In this document: positions 12,926 to 25,091 of the stretch, in pieces
How the letters are laid out: the number at the start of each line of letters is the position of its first letter
How positions within the stretch are numbered: position 1 is the first letter of the stretch
NCBI RefSeq assembly: GCF_006345805.1
Contig: NC_043007.1
Location: forward strand, 73,222,001-73,286,000
From: Octopus sinensis
Lineage: Eukaryota
Direction: 5' to 3'
Length of the DNA stretch: 64,000 nt
The notes under the pieces: model-generated
Told to the model about the DNA's origin: nothing
What the model saw: only the letters and a program-made list of their open reading frames with translations
Databases searched by the model: none
Translations under genes and position numbers: made by a program

Positions 12926-13384
12926 TAATATATATATATACACATACATACATACAATGGGGTTTTTTCAGTTTCCATCTACTAAGTCCACTCATAAGTC
13001 TTTGGTTAGCCCAAGGCTATAGTAGAAGACACTTGCCCAAAGTGCCATGCAGTGGGACTGAACCTGGAACCATGTGGTAAGGAAGCAAGCCAATATATAT
13101 ATATATAAAGTGTAACTTCACCACAAGAAAAAGTAAACTTGCCTCCATCTATCATCTCATAAAAACATGGAAACTAGGATCAGATTTAAAAATTAGACTA
13201 ACTGCAACAAAAATTGTAGATGGTGCCTCAAAAGCTAAGAGGCTGGCCCAGAGAGGCTAAAAGAAAGGATTATTTGCATTGGTTCCTGATAAACTCTTGT
13301 TTATCCCGTTGTTACCTGCACTCCACATGCATGGTGTGCCTGCACACCAGTGCCCAGGGATAATACGGGTAATGGATACCAATA

Positions 13385-13620
13385 GTATATAATAATAATA
13401 ATAATAATAATAATTGTGTACAGTGCTCAGGTGCACTACAACTCATCTAAAGTGTATATATAATCAGGTGTAGTTTCGGCGGATTTCGGAAAGCATGAGG
13501 GCCTTAAAAGATGCAGTGTCATGGCAGTCAACAACTGACGCAGGCAGTTTATTCCATGCTTCAGCAACTCTGAGCGTGAAAAAATGTTTCCGAAAGTCAT
13601 GGGAGCTGTATTGTTTTCTG
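13385..13620 (-). mobile_element. CR1-like LINE 3' end with (ATT)n tail
   Basis: Homologous to 39070-39460; encodes ...SHDFRKHFFTLRVAEAWNKLPASVV. Confidence 0.75.
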
Positions 13621-13662
13621 ATATTTTATCCCTAATTTGGCTATTATAACTGCTAACTGTTT

Positions 13663-13674
<12 letters not shown>

Positions 13675-13693
<19 letters not shown>

Positions 13694-14026
13694 TATATAT
13701 AGTATATGTACTGTATATATATATATGTATATGTATTATATATAGTATATGTATATATATATATGTATATGTATATTATATATGTATATGATATATATAT
13801 ATGATATGTATATATATATAGTATATGTATATATAATAATGTATATGGATATATATATATGTATATGTATAATGTATATGTATATGTAATATGGTATATG
13901 TATATATATATATGTATATGGTTATATATATATGTATAGTATATATATATATGTATATGTATATATATATTGTATATGTATATATATATATGTATATGTA
14001 TATATATATATGTATAATATATATTG

Positions 14027-14063
<37 letters not shown>

Positions 14064-14211
14064 TGTATTATATATATATATGTGATATGTTATATATATA
14101 TGTGTATATTATATATATATATATATATATGTATATGTATATATATATAATATATTATATATATATTATATTATATATATATATATGTATATGTTATATG
14201 AATATATAATG

Positions 14212-14242
<31 letters not shown>

Positions 14243-14257
14243 ATATATATAATATAT

Positions 14258-14331
<74 letters not shown>

Positions 14332-14350
14332 GTATATTCTATATATATGT

Positions 14351-14398
<48 letters not shown>

Positions 14399-14414
14399 TA
14401 TGTATATATATATA

Positions 14415-14460
<46 letters not shown>

Positions 14461-14473
14461 ATATATATATATG

Positions 14474-14546
<73 letters not shown>

Positions 14547-14548
14547 GT

Positions 14549-14582
<34 letters not shown>

Positions 14583-14584
14583 AT

Positions 14585-14637
<53 letters not shown>

Positions 14638-14641
14638 TATA

Positions 14642-14715
<74 letters not shown>
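13675..14715. repeat. ~1-kb imperfect (TA)n/(TATG)n microsatellite
   Basis: Seen directly; source of spurious YIYI ORFs. Confidence 0.95.
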
Positions 14716-14716
14716 A

Positions 14717-14943
14717 GGTGGCGAGCTGGCAGAAACGTAGCATGCCTGGCGAAATGCGTAGCCGTATTTCGTCTGCCGTTACGTTCTGGGTTCAAATTCC
14801 GCCGAGGTCGACTTTGCCTTTCATACTTTCGAGGTCGATAAATTAAGTACCAGTTACGCACTGGGGTCGATGTAAACGACTTAATCTTTTGTCTGTCCTT
14901 GTTTGTCCCCTCTGTGTTTAGCCCCTTGTGGGTAGTAAAGAAA
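14717..14943 (+). mobile_element. SINE family B, full length
   Basis: GGTGGCGAGCTGGCAGAA head through GGGTAGTAAAGAAA tail. Confidence 0.88.
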
Positions 14944-14951
14944 TATATATA

Positions 14952-14992
<41 letters not shown>

Positions 14993-15764
14993 GCAGGAAT
15001 TTCATACAGAGTACTATGGATACTCTGGAGGAGTTTCAGGATTACAAACAGGCTGTAGCTGTCTAAGACAAGTAGCACTAAAAGTACCCATGTGATCTAT
15101 TTAGCAGTAAATGTGACTGCTCTCAAAAATGAAGTAAAGACAGGTCAGAGAGATTTTATCTCTGCTCACAACAAAGGACTCCCCACTATAATGAAAGGGC
15201 AGATTATATGATGTTTGTTTTTGAAGTGCAACACTGCAAGGAAGTGAGATGTTGGCATTGAGCACAGAGAATTGAGAATGGCGTTAGGAAGGGCATCCAG
15301 CTGTAGAAACACTGCCAGATCAAACTGGGCCAGGCGCAGCCTTCTGGCTTCCCAGACCCCAGTTGAACCGTCCAACCCATGCTAGCATGGAAAACGGATG
15401 TTAAACGATGATGATGATGATGATGATAAAGGAAAGAGAGGTAGTATGTAAGAGAGAAGACTTTGTTACTACAGGTATGTGATGTAGATGGGGGATGAAC
15501 AACTGTATAAGGAAATACCAAAAATGCAAAGTGAATAGAACCTATGGAAGAGGAGATCAAAGGAAAATTTAAGGTAAAGAGGTGAAGACAGATCTCAAGA
15601 TGTTGCATCTTCTGAAGGAAATGACAAAGAACTGTAATGAGTGGCAACATCACATTATCAGCACTGACCATTTCTACAACTTTCCATCACTCACTCACTT
15701 TTAAACATGTAGCTGCTAGCTGTTTCTCTACCATCATCCTACACTGCGGTTCTCATTATACCTG

Positions 15765-15993
15765 TTTCTTTACTACCCACAAGGGGCTAAACACAGAGAG
15801 GACAAACAAGGACAGACAAATGGATTAAGTCGATTATATCGACCCCAGTGCGCAACTGGTACTTATTTAATCGACCCCAAAAGGATCAAAGGCAAAGTCG
15901 ACCTCGGTAGAATTTGAACTCAGAACGTAACGGCAGACGAAATACCGCTAGGAATTTCGCCCGGCGTGCTAACGTTTCTGCCAGCTCGCTGCC
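15765..15993 (-). mobile_element. SINE family B, full length, inverted relative to the copy at 14717
   Basis: Reverse complement of 14717-14943. Confidence 0.88.
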
Positions 15994-16562
15994 TTACCAT
16001 GCCATGACTCTTCATTGTGCCTCTAGCATTCTTTCTCTCATTACCCCTCTCCTCTTCTACATTAGTAGTCCTCTCCCCACCCCTGTTTCCTCCATCAACT
16101 CTTTCTTGCTCTTCTTTCTCCTTCTCACCTTTATTTATCAGCAATTGCCCTCCTTTCTACCTATTCTATTGGTCACATCCTAAACGAACGGGGCAATTGT
16201 AGAGGAACGGGGCAATTAGGAGGATACTGCCTTGGTCTTGTAGAATGCAAAGTAACCTCTCTCATATTGGTGCCACAATACACTGTATCCAGTACACCCA
16301 GTAAAATTGTTGGTTAACAAATGGAGACACCATGAATTCAAAAGAACTCTCTTGTCTTGTGTGGTTGAAGATATGACAACTAGATTCCATGCCATGGTAA
16401 AAATAGACCCAGCACACACCTTAGAGTGGTTGGTGTTGGGAAGGGAAATCAGCTGTAGAAACCATATTAAAATAAACTGTACAAGACATGTTCCCCTAGG
16501 TATATTAACAATGATGAAACTAAATTTTATCCAACAATTTTAATTTTAGTTAAGAAACTTAC

Positions 16563-16675
16563 CTGTGTTGGGTAGTTTAAAGCCTTAAAATAATTAAGGT
16601 ATTTATCAAGTAAGATTTCATCACTGGTCCATTTTCTATCCAGGAATATTAGCACCAAACATTGCATGGCCCAGC
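16563..16675 (-). CDS. LCLAT1: LCLAT1 coding exon 3 (G-WAMQCLVLIFLDRKWTSDEILLDKYLNYFKALNYPTQ)
   Basis: Not in the ORF track; translated by hand. TTTAG acceptor, 113 nt, completes the split Gly codon, contains GWAMQ and IFLDRKW (motif II), ends CAG|GTAAGT in phase 0. Confidence 0.95.
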
Positions 16676-17175
16676 CTAAATGATAAAGAAAATTAATTAA
16701 GTTGCTAATTTTAATATTAAGATTAGCTTAATACAAACACAAAAATGACCTAATTTTGATACTAAGATTAGTTTAAAACAAATACAAAACATATTTTGTA
16801 ATGTTTCCAAAATAATGATTAGATTTCACTAAGTTTTCATAAGCCTTTTTAATGATTTTTCCTTCTGATCAATGCAAAAACAGGCATATATGTTTAATAA
16901 ATATTTAAATACAATATTTAAAGTGAGGAGCACATGAGCATAGAATCTGCTTGACAGATGAACTGCAAATGTTAAAACACTCGAATCAGTTACAATGTCA
17001 CACATCAGGTTTACTAGGTAAATAAATCAATAAGATCAATTTCTGTTCAGCCAGAGAGCAGAAAATAGAAAAAAAAAAAGACTACTTCACCATCCTTCTC
17101 ACATTATACAATAGAGTAAGTAGTAGAATATATTGTTTGCAGTAAACATTGATTTTGAACTTTGGCCCATTTATA

Positions 17176-18382
17176 TAGTCATGTTCAAAAGTCTGAATAC
17201 ATTGATAAAAACATGGTTTTATATTGTAAATGATAATGTAGACGGAAACAAGAAATGTATTTTCTAATCAAATAAGTAGAAAACTTGAGAACAGTTTACA
17301 AAATGTTACACTTGGAATAGCACCTCCTCCTTTGCCTCCAACAGCGCAGCAAGGTGGTCAGATGTGCTTTTTGTAGTAGTTTAGCATTATTTCCTGTGTT
17401 CAAACTTGTCTTCTCTTTTTAATCCAGAATTGCTAAAGCATTGAAATCTGCAATTTTCTTTTTCACACAATCAGCAGACATTTTTCTCTAGGGCTCAGAT
17501 CAAGAGATCTAAACCTACCTTTTATGCATTTTGTAGAATGGCAGGATGTACCTCCTGTTGGAATACAGTAGTTATTATAGCTAGTTATGTGAATAACAAT
17601 GTCTCCAGAATATACCAGTATGTTTTAGAGTTTAGTGCACTTTGAGGTATTATTCAAATACCAGCTCTTCCCTTTGCTGAAATGGTCCCTGTATAATAAT
17701 GGATTCATAATGCTTGACTCTTGTAAGTGTATACATGAGGCTATGCTTGAGTTTGTTGGACAACAAATTAAAGGAGTAGGAAATGCAGACTGTTTAACAA
17801 TTTGCACTAAACATGACTTTAAACCAATCCTATACAGTCCAATTTTTATGGTCCCTACAAAATTATAAATGATCCTGAACGTTTTTCCATGGGTACCTTG
17901 AAACTGCAACTGACCTGTTACCATGTCAGTGCTGCATTTTACTGTTGCAGGTATCAGTGCTTGTATGGCATTGCTAGATGTAAATGGAGATATAACATAA
18001 AAGTGATGAATCATACAATCAGTTTGATGATTTCTGGTATGAAGACTGCCTGCTATGCCAAATGATTTATGTTCATTTGTCTGACAAAAATAAGATGAAG
18101 CTTTCAGGACAGGACCAAGAAATATTTAACTATGCTGGTACCTTCCTGAACCTGAGTCCCCTCCTATGGAAAACAATTTGAGTTCTTTTTTTAAATGGAA
18201 ATTTCGTAAATTTATAAAATATTGAGGTCCCAGGAATGTCAAACTGGAGATGAAATTAAGAAATATTTCATCATTCACATATCAAAATACATACTTTCAA
18301 TATCTACTTTTTATTTTATATCAAAACATATTTAAAATAATGCTAAATTTCTTCTTTGTATTCATAATTCTGATCAGTATTG
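17176..18382 (-). mobile_element. Old, degenerate Tc1 element (~1.2 kb)
   Basis: Imperfect TIRs flanked by TA (TAGTCATGTTCAAAAGTCTGAATACA at 17176 vs CAATACTGATCAGAATTATGAATACA at 18382). Transposase relics HKNWTV*DWFKVMFS, SLDLSPREKCL (SPDLNPIEN-like) and CCAVGGKGG. Confidence 0.7.
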
Positions 18383-18907
18383 TATACTGTCCAGCATTAT
18401 AAGGTTTTTGCCATTCCTGCCATTTTTTCAAAGATAATTATTAATTTCTTTAATGATTAAATGAAAATATATAAACTTGCTGATAAAATACCAATACTGT
18501 TATTTCTCAACAGACTTCAAGAAAAAAAACTGTCATTTACTATATCTGACAGAGCAGAATGTATAATCTTTTGACAATGATCACTTTATATCAGTGCTAA
18601 CATATGTCGAAATAAACACAAAGTAAATACTGTTATATTTTAAGCTATCCCCTTTCTTACTTTGTATTTCTACATCTTCTACTGATCCATTAGCAAATAC
18701 TTCAAGAATGACATTGAGTCCATATTATTACAAACTTCTTCATTGCATATAAAGCAGCCTTTCAATTGCAATATCTTATATCATAAAGGTCCACTTTATA
18801 CAAACAAAACAATGATTCATCTATACATATACCTCATTTTGTCACTCTTATAAACAATGCTCTATTTAATGCATATTTCCTAATATACACAAATCATCTG
18901 TACTTAC

Positions 18908-19106
18908 CGGCACCAGGAATTTTTTTTAAGCCAGATTTTAAAACTATCTTCAAATGCCTAAGAGATCCACAACGTAACATAAAAGAATATGCAAACAACC
19001 AGTCCAGCCGAGTGCGGTGATTCATAACGATCAAAGACTGCTCATCTCGTTTTCCTGGGAATCCAGCAACAGATATTTTCACACCTAAAACAATTTCATA
19101 TAAGGC
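18908..19106 (-). CDS. LCLAT1: LCLAT1 coding exon 2 (ALYEIVLGVK...MNHRTRLDW...KKIPGAG)
   Basis: Poly-T/CAG acceptor, 199 nt, GTAAGT donor in phase 1. Contains the AGPAT-family catalytic motif I NHxxxxD (NHRTRLD). Confidence 0.96.
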
Positions 19107-19284
19107 CTGAAAAAAAAAAACAAAAAAAAACCCATCAATGGTTAATTTCATACATCTTTTTCCTTAGATATCTATATATCATCTACAAGTATATCAATGG
19201 ATAAATAAAATGTCTCTTCTACATACAGATATATATATATCCTCATCACTTAATGTCCACCTTCATTACTGGCATGGGTGGGAC

Positions 19285-19460
19285 TTTATATATATATAAT
19301 TGAAATTTACAGAAAAACAAAAGATGAAGACAGGTGTATAAACAACAAGCAGGTGTATTAGTTTGATGCTCGGGAAGGTGAGAAAGTCTTTTACGTTTCG
19401 AGCCTATGCTCTTCAACAGGAAGGAACACAAAGAAATAAACAGAGAGAGAAAAAAAACTT
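19285..19460 (-). mobile_element. Short HHR-like element, family H2 (CUGUUGA core)
   Basis: CTGTTGA-A-GAGC-ATAG-GCTC-GAAA-CG-TA at 19419-19392; homologues at ~35370-35465 (-) and a tail-only copy at ~41315-41400 (+). Confidence 0.6.
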
Positions 19461-19669
19461 TTGGAATTATCAGTCAATCATATATATAAACAATAAATAT
19501 TGCATATATCATGCAAATATATGAAAAATAGACACATGTGTGTCTGTTTGACGAATCAATACACTGTACTTAATGGTATATAAAATGCACTTCTTTCCAA
19601 AAAGAAAAAAAGTTTCAAAACACCCACTCTGGGTCCTGTATGCCATGTTGGGTTTACCACAAGTTTTAA

Positions 19670-19889
19670 CCCTTAAGCATTTAAGCCAGCCATACACAGT
19701 CCAGATATTTTACCTATTTTATGTTCAAACCAATCAGATCTGGCCTCTCACACCTACCCAACAATGTCATCCTGGAAATAAACAATCACATTGTCAAAAT
19801 GCCAAAGCTAGAAGATAATGCAAGATTAATTCAAAACAATATGAATAAATAAGCATTACATTTGAGAGAATAATCTGAATGCTAAAGGG
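19670..19889 (-). mobile_element. piggyBac-type MITE, intact ends
   Basis: TTAA|CCCTTAAGCATT ... AATGCTAAAGGG|TTAA, 220 bp. Confidence 0.85.
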
Positions 19890-20244
19890 TTAAGGCTCTA
19901 AAACAATTTTCCTCTCAATATGTGTCACTGAAATTGAGGTGCATCTAATATGTTCATACATTTTTCATGCCATCCAATATGGTATATATTCCAGTGATGA
20001 TTTATGTTGATGAATTGTTTGCAAGTAAAAAGTACTGAAAGGAGAGTGATTTCAGGACTATAATTAGAATAGTCTTTATTTTAAATTCTTTTACTGATTC
20101 CAACTATTGCACGGTAGGTCTTACAGAAACCTGGTGACTCACTCTGATACAGGTCATTGAGGTGTTTCAATAGTCTGGTGACAATGACCTTTGTAAACAG
20201 AGAAAAATCATATGGGGTGCAAGTTTTTTTGTTGTTTTTTTTAA

Positions 20245-20452
20245 CCCTTTAGCATTCAGATTACTCTATCAAATGTAATGCTTATTTATTCTTGTTCTTG
20301 AGAATTAATCTTGCAGTATCTCAAAACTTCAAGATTTCAATAGTGTGTGATTCTTTATTTTTAGAACGACATTGTAGGACAGGTGTGAAAGGTCGGATCA
20401 TAAAACAGAAAGATTATTTGGGCCTGATATGGTCTGTTTATATGCTAAAGGA
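20245..20452 (+). mobile_element. piggyBac-type MITE, opposite orientation to the copy at 19670
   Basis: TTAA|CCCTTTAGCATT ... ATGCTAAAGGA|TTAA. Confidence 0.85.
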
Positions 20453-20456
20453 TTAA

Positions 20457-21000
20457 TTCTTCTTCATTACCCTTCTTATGAAGCAAGATGGTATTCAACT
20501 CTTTCCATAGTGCAGGTATTTTACCCTCCTTCAGACAGCAACTGAAGCTTTGAACAAGGCTTTTCCATAGCTCTTCGCCTCTGCACTTTAACATTTCTCC
20601 TGTTATGCCCTCTTCCCCAGGAGCTTTATCTGTTTCTATTAGTTTGAAGGAAGTTTCAATTTCACAGACCAGAATAAGTGGCACTTCTTCCAACATTTGT
20701 GATGGTGGAGGATAAAGCTTCACTGATGATTTATAAAAGTTAAGGTAGAAGGTTTTGCATATGTCTTCCATCTCCCGATTGTCTGTCACCCTGAACGTCT
20801 TGGTTTTTAAGTGCTATCTCTCTTGCAGGTTATTAGACTTTTCCTTTCTTCTGCAGCTTGCATCAGCACCTGCTGTCTGATTGCTTTGCAGAACATGGAA
20901 TACTTCAGGTGATTCATAGTTTTCCATTTTTCTAGCATCTTGTTCATTTCCTCCAAGATTCTTCTGTCAAGCTCCTATCTGCTCTTATCTTCCACTTGCA
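20457..21000 (-). mobile_element. RTE-clade LINE ORF fragment (region preceding the RT core)
   Basis: ICKTFYLNFY...EVPLILVCEIETS...KAPGEEGITGEMLK...CLKEGKIPALWKELNTILLHKKGN matches the KAPGxDGI / IPxxWK / LxKKG non-LTR RT entry motifs. Confidence 0.8.
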
Positions 21001-22038
21001 ACTTTTAATTATCTGAACCAGTAAATTGTAGTCCTCATCAAACTCTTTAAGTTCACTCCGAATTTCCCTCTTGATAGTGGCATAAAGAAGTGCTAGTCTC
21101 TAAATGTGGAAGAGGGAGACTTAGGAAGACATGGAATGAAGTAGGGAAGAATGACCTCCAGATGTCAAGTCTCATGGAGGAGAAGACAAAAGATTGAGAT
21201 GATTGGCAATTTGCTGTGCTTGAGAAAACCTGTCCACATCAACACAAATAGGGTCCTAAAAGCACATCAATTATATCTAAACTTCTGTACCCAATCTGTC
21301 CCTAATGTATCTTCCCTCCTCTACTTATCTTCCTAACACCCATCCCTCCATCATTCTTCTGACTATGGCACTACTCATTCAGCTGCTGTAATTTTGAGAA
21401 CAGAACTGCACATATTCTGTTCGTCTGCTGCTGAACTACCAATTACCACTCTCTCAGGAATCACTTCCTTTGTCACCTGCATTTTCATAATCAACTATTC
21501 CCACCTTATTTCCTTTCACCTCCTCTTTCTCTGCACACACCTCCTTTTGCCAATGGTAGTCTTCTCTCCATTACCTCTATTTGTCTCTCACCATTTCCAA
21601 CCTCTTCTACTTCTGACTTTCATCCCTGGCACTGTGTGTCTCTCTCACACCCTAACACATTTCACACCATCTTTGCTGTCACCTTTTAACTCCCTGACCC
21701 ACAACTACATCCTCCACCTTCACCTCCAACAGACATTCATCATTGACCACATTCTCCACCAGTGCTCACCACTCACTATTTCCCTCTTTTCATCTGCCAC
21801 TATCTTTCACACTCCTGCAAACTTACTTACCCACCCATATCACTTCTCTTATATTCACCTTCCTGTAACTTGTGGCTACACCCTCACACGTCTTCACCAC
21901 CATCCTCTTCCCTTTGCAACTGGGGTAACCATGTACCTCCTCCAAAGCTAGACACCTTCTCCTTTCCTATTTATTTTAACCTCACATCGTCTGGAATAAA
22001 ACTACACACATAAATATATATACATAGACACACACATA

Positions 22039-22947
22039 TGAGGTGGTATCAAAAAGTTCCTGGACTAGTCACGTTTAATAAAAAATAAATTATTTACTTA
22101 AGTTTTAATATCATCTCCTTTAAAATAGTCACATCGCACAGCAATACACCAGTCCCAGCATTCCTGCCACTTTTGGAATCTGGTCTGGAAATTGTTTCCT
22201 GTAAGCAAGTTGAAGACCTTCTGCGATTCACTCTGGATCTTGACAATGGTGTTAAAATTGTGATGTTTTAGCTGCATTTTTATCTTGGGGAAGAGATGAG
22301 AATAGGGTGGGTGTGGAAGTGATACCATGTTGTTTTGGGTAAGAAACTCATAAGTGAAGAGAGCTCAGTGACAGGGTGCATTGTTGTGAAGAATCCAATA
22401 CTTCGTGAATGTTAGGATTACCTGCATTGAGCCATACGACACCATCAACATCAGCAATGTCATTGATTATCCTCTGACGATCCTCATGCACAAGCTGATG
22501 AATTTTCTCTACATTTCCAGAAGTGACACTCACGGCAGATCTTCCAGATTGCTCATTGTCTTCCAGGAATGTCCTTTGTCTTCCAGGAATGTTCTTCTGC
22601 TTTTGAAGCACCTGTGCCACAGGAAACATTGTGTATGAGCCATTGTCTCATCGCTGTAAGTGTGCCAAAGCATGCTTAGTGTCTCTGTAGCAGACTTCTC
22701 AAGTTTCACGCAAAATTTCATGCTGGCACTTTGTTCCAACTTCCTGTCCACAACAAAAATCACAGACTACAACATACATATAATAAAAAAAAACACAAAT
22801 TTCACAACTTGCAAAGTAAACACAGCGATGTCACTCAGCACACTGCCTCATGAAAGTCATTGCTAGCTCTCACTGCACGTGCAACCATTGCTGCTATCTA
22901 TTGGCACACTACAGAACTAGTCCATGAATTTTTTTGACACGACCTTG
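22039..22947 (-). mobile_element. Mariner-like element, internally deleted (909 bp)
   Basis: TIRs TGAGGTGGTATCAAAAAGTTCCTGGACTAGT / ACTAGTCCATGAATTTTTTTGACACGACCTTG with TA TSD. Transposase relics MKFCVKLEKSATET...LEDNEQSGR...HPPYS..LFPKIK...WQECWDWCI..RCDYFKGD. Confidence 0.9.
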
Positions 22948-23184
22948 TATTTATGCGTGAGTATATTCTTTTATTTTTTTACTAGTTTCAGCCATCTAAC
23001 TGTAGCCATGCTGGAGCACCGCCTTTAGTCGAACAAATCAACCCCAGGACTTAGTCTTTGTAAGCCTAGTACTAACTCTATCAGTCTCTTTTGCCAAACC
23101 ACTACATTATGGGGATGTAAACACACCAATATCAGTTGCAAAGTGATGGTGGTGGGACAAATACAGATACACAAATACATACAT

Positions 23185-23227
<43 letters not shown>

Positions 23228-23515
23228 CATATGCATGCATATACAACAGGCTTATATATATCATCATCTTCATAATTTAATGTCTGCTTTCCATGTTGGC
23301 ATTGGTTGGACAGTTTGATAGGAGCTGACAAGTTCGAGAGCTGCACCAAGCTCCAGTTGTCTGTTTTGGCATGGTTTCTATGGATGGATGCCCTTCCTAA
23401 CACCAACCACTTTACTGAGTGCACAGGGTACTTTTTATATGGACCAGCATTGGTGCTTTTTATGTGGCACTGGCATGGGTGCCTTTTACATGGTACCGGC
23501 ACAAATCATACACAA

Positions 23516-23546
<31 letters not shown>

Positions 23547-24064
23547 TAATTCCATTGCCACAGGAAGCACATATGGAAAGTGCTTCCTTGCGGCTTTAAG
23601 GCTCTTATTTCCAGCAATATAGGTGCTACTCAGCACCATTAGTCACAATTCATGACGACTGAATTTTACTTTTTAGTTTATATTGCATGTAGCCACCTTC
23701 ATTATTTTATCATGTTCACATTACCATTGTGCTGAATTAACCATAGAATCATATGGTAATACTATATACTGACAGACAGGATTTAGCCAAACCATCCAGT
23801 GATGGCATAGTTACCACTGATGAGTTTAATTTTAAGCGAAACTAGACTAGTATAGTGACCTTGCTCGCTGTGAGGTGGTTATCTCCCCAATTGGTATATG
23901 GAATGTTCTTTTAACTCTTATTTCTAGCAATGTAGGTGCTATCCTGCACCGTTAGTCACAATTAGTGGCAATTGCATTTTTTTTAAAGTTTTATATTGCA
24001 TATAGCCACCTTCGTCATTTTATATATACATGTGTGTGTGTGTGTGTATATATATGTATATATA

Positions 24065-24262
24065 TAGTTAATCCAAGCATGAACAAACGGAGGACGTAGA
24101 ATAAGTATAGTGTTATTGGGCACTCAGGAAAGGAAAGAAAGAAGGAGGATTTCACATTTCGAGCAGAGCTCTTCGTCAGAAATATAGAAAAAACAGAAAA
24201 GTCCAAAGAAGGGAAGACGGAGTAAGAAAATCGCCAACGATACGCACGCGGTCACATATTGA
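24065..24262 (-). mobile_element. Short HHR-bearing element, family H1
   Basis: ATTT-CTGACGA-A-GAGC-TCT-GCTC-GAAA-TG-TG-AAAT at 24183-24149; core intact, cleavage position changed to G. Confidence 0.7.
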
Positions 24263-24439
24263 AACGACTGGAAGGAAATGGGTGAAGAAAAAGTTCTTTC
24301 AAAGACAGGAGAGTGCAAGAGATGGAAGTATGTGTGTGTATGTGTGTGCACGCAGGTCTGTGTGTGTGTGATATATATACATACATATATATATATATAT
24401 AAAACTCTCGAATATGACTGTCGGCCACAAATGGCCATG

Positions 24440-24760
24440 GTGCACCTGAGAGGTTCCCCTCCGGGGTACAAGTCTGAGCAGAAAGTTGCCTCACCAGCAA
24501 ATGCACAACCTAGGGTTGTTTTTATGGAAGACCAACAGTTGCCCATGCATACCAGCTTCCACTCTCCATGTCACCGATGTTATACAAGGGAAAAGCAAAG
24601 GCTGATACAGCTTGGCACCAGTGATGTTGCAACTCATTTCTACAGCTGAGTGAAATAAAGTGTCTTGCTCAAGAATACAACACACACAGCCAGGTCCAGG
24701 AATTAAACTCACAACCTCACGATCGTAAGCTCAACGCTCTAACCACTGAGCCATGTGCTT
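24440..24760 (-). mobile_element. tRNA-derived SINE (family D-related)
   Basis: Minus head GCACATGGCTCAGTGGTTAGAGCG...GAGTTTAATTCCTGG followed by TTCTTGAGCAAGACACTTTATTTCAC; related heads at 37444, 39582 and 54705. Confidence 0.7.
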
Positions 24761-24996
24761 TTATATATATATAAAATATAAATTAGAGAAAAACCACTAT
24801 TTTTCATCTATTTACTCTATTATTTTAACCTTAAATATTTAACATAATAAATGTATTGCAGGCAAATGATCCTAATGTTTTAAGTTTCAAATTTAGTTAA
24901 TGGAGTTACTTCTACAAGAAAAATCATTATTTTATTTTTTTAATAAATATTGTTTAACTCTATTTGCTTATTCATTTAATTATTATTATTATTGTT

Positions 24997-25091
24997 AACC
25001 TGAAGAGTGACAATAATTTTAAATTGAATTGATTTTCAATTAAATTTAATTATAATTTGAATTTAATTATAGCCATGAAACATACGTAGTT
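24997..25091 (+). ncRNA. Type I hammerhead ribozyme with extended AT-rich stem II (family H3)
   Basis: AAC-CTGAAGA-GTGACAATAATT...AATTATAGCCAT-GAAA-C-ATAC-G-TA-GTT. Confidence 0.65.

Noticed and set aside
17625-18014. 129-aa ORF as a nested gene
   Set aside because: Lies within the degenerate Tc1 element at 17176-18382 and has no independent protein similarity.
19993-20038. C/D box snoRNA (GTGATGA...CTGA) in an LCLAT1 intron
   Set aside because: Only ~45 nt between boxes, no terminal stem, and no recognisable rRNA guide.
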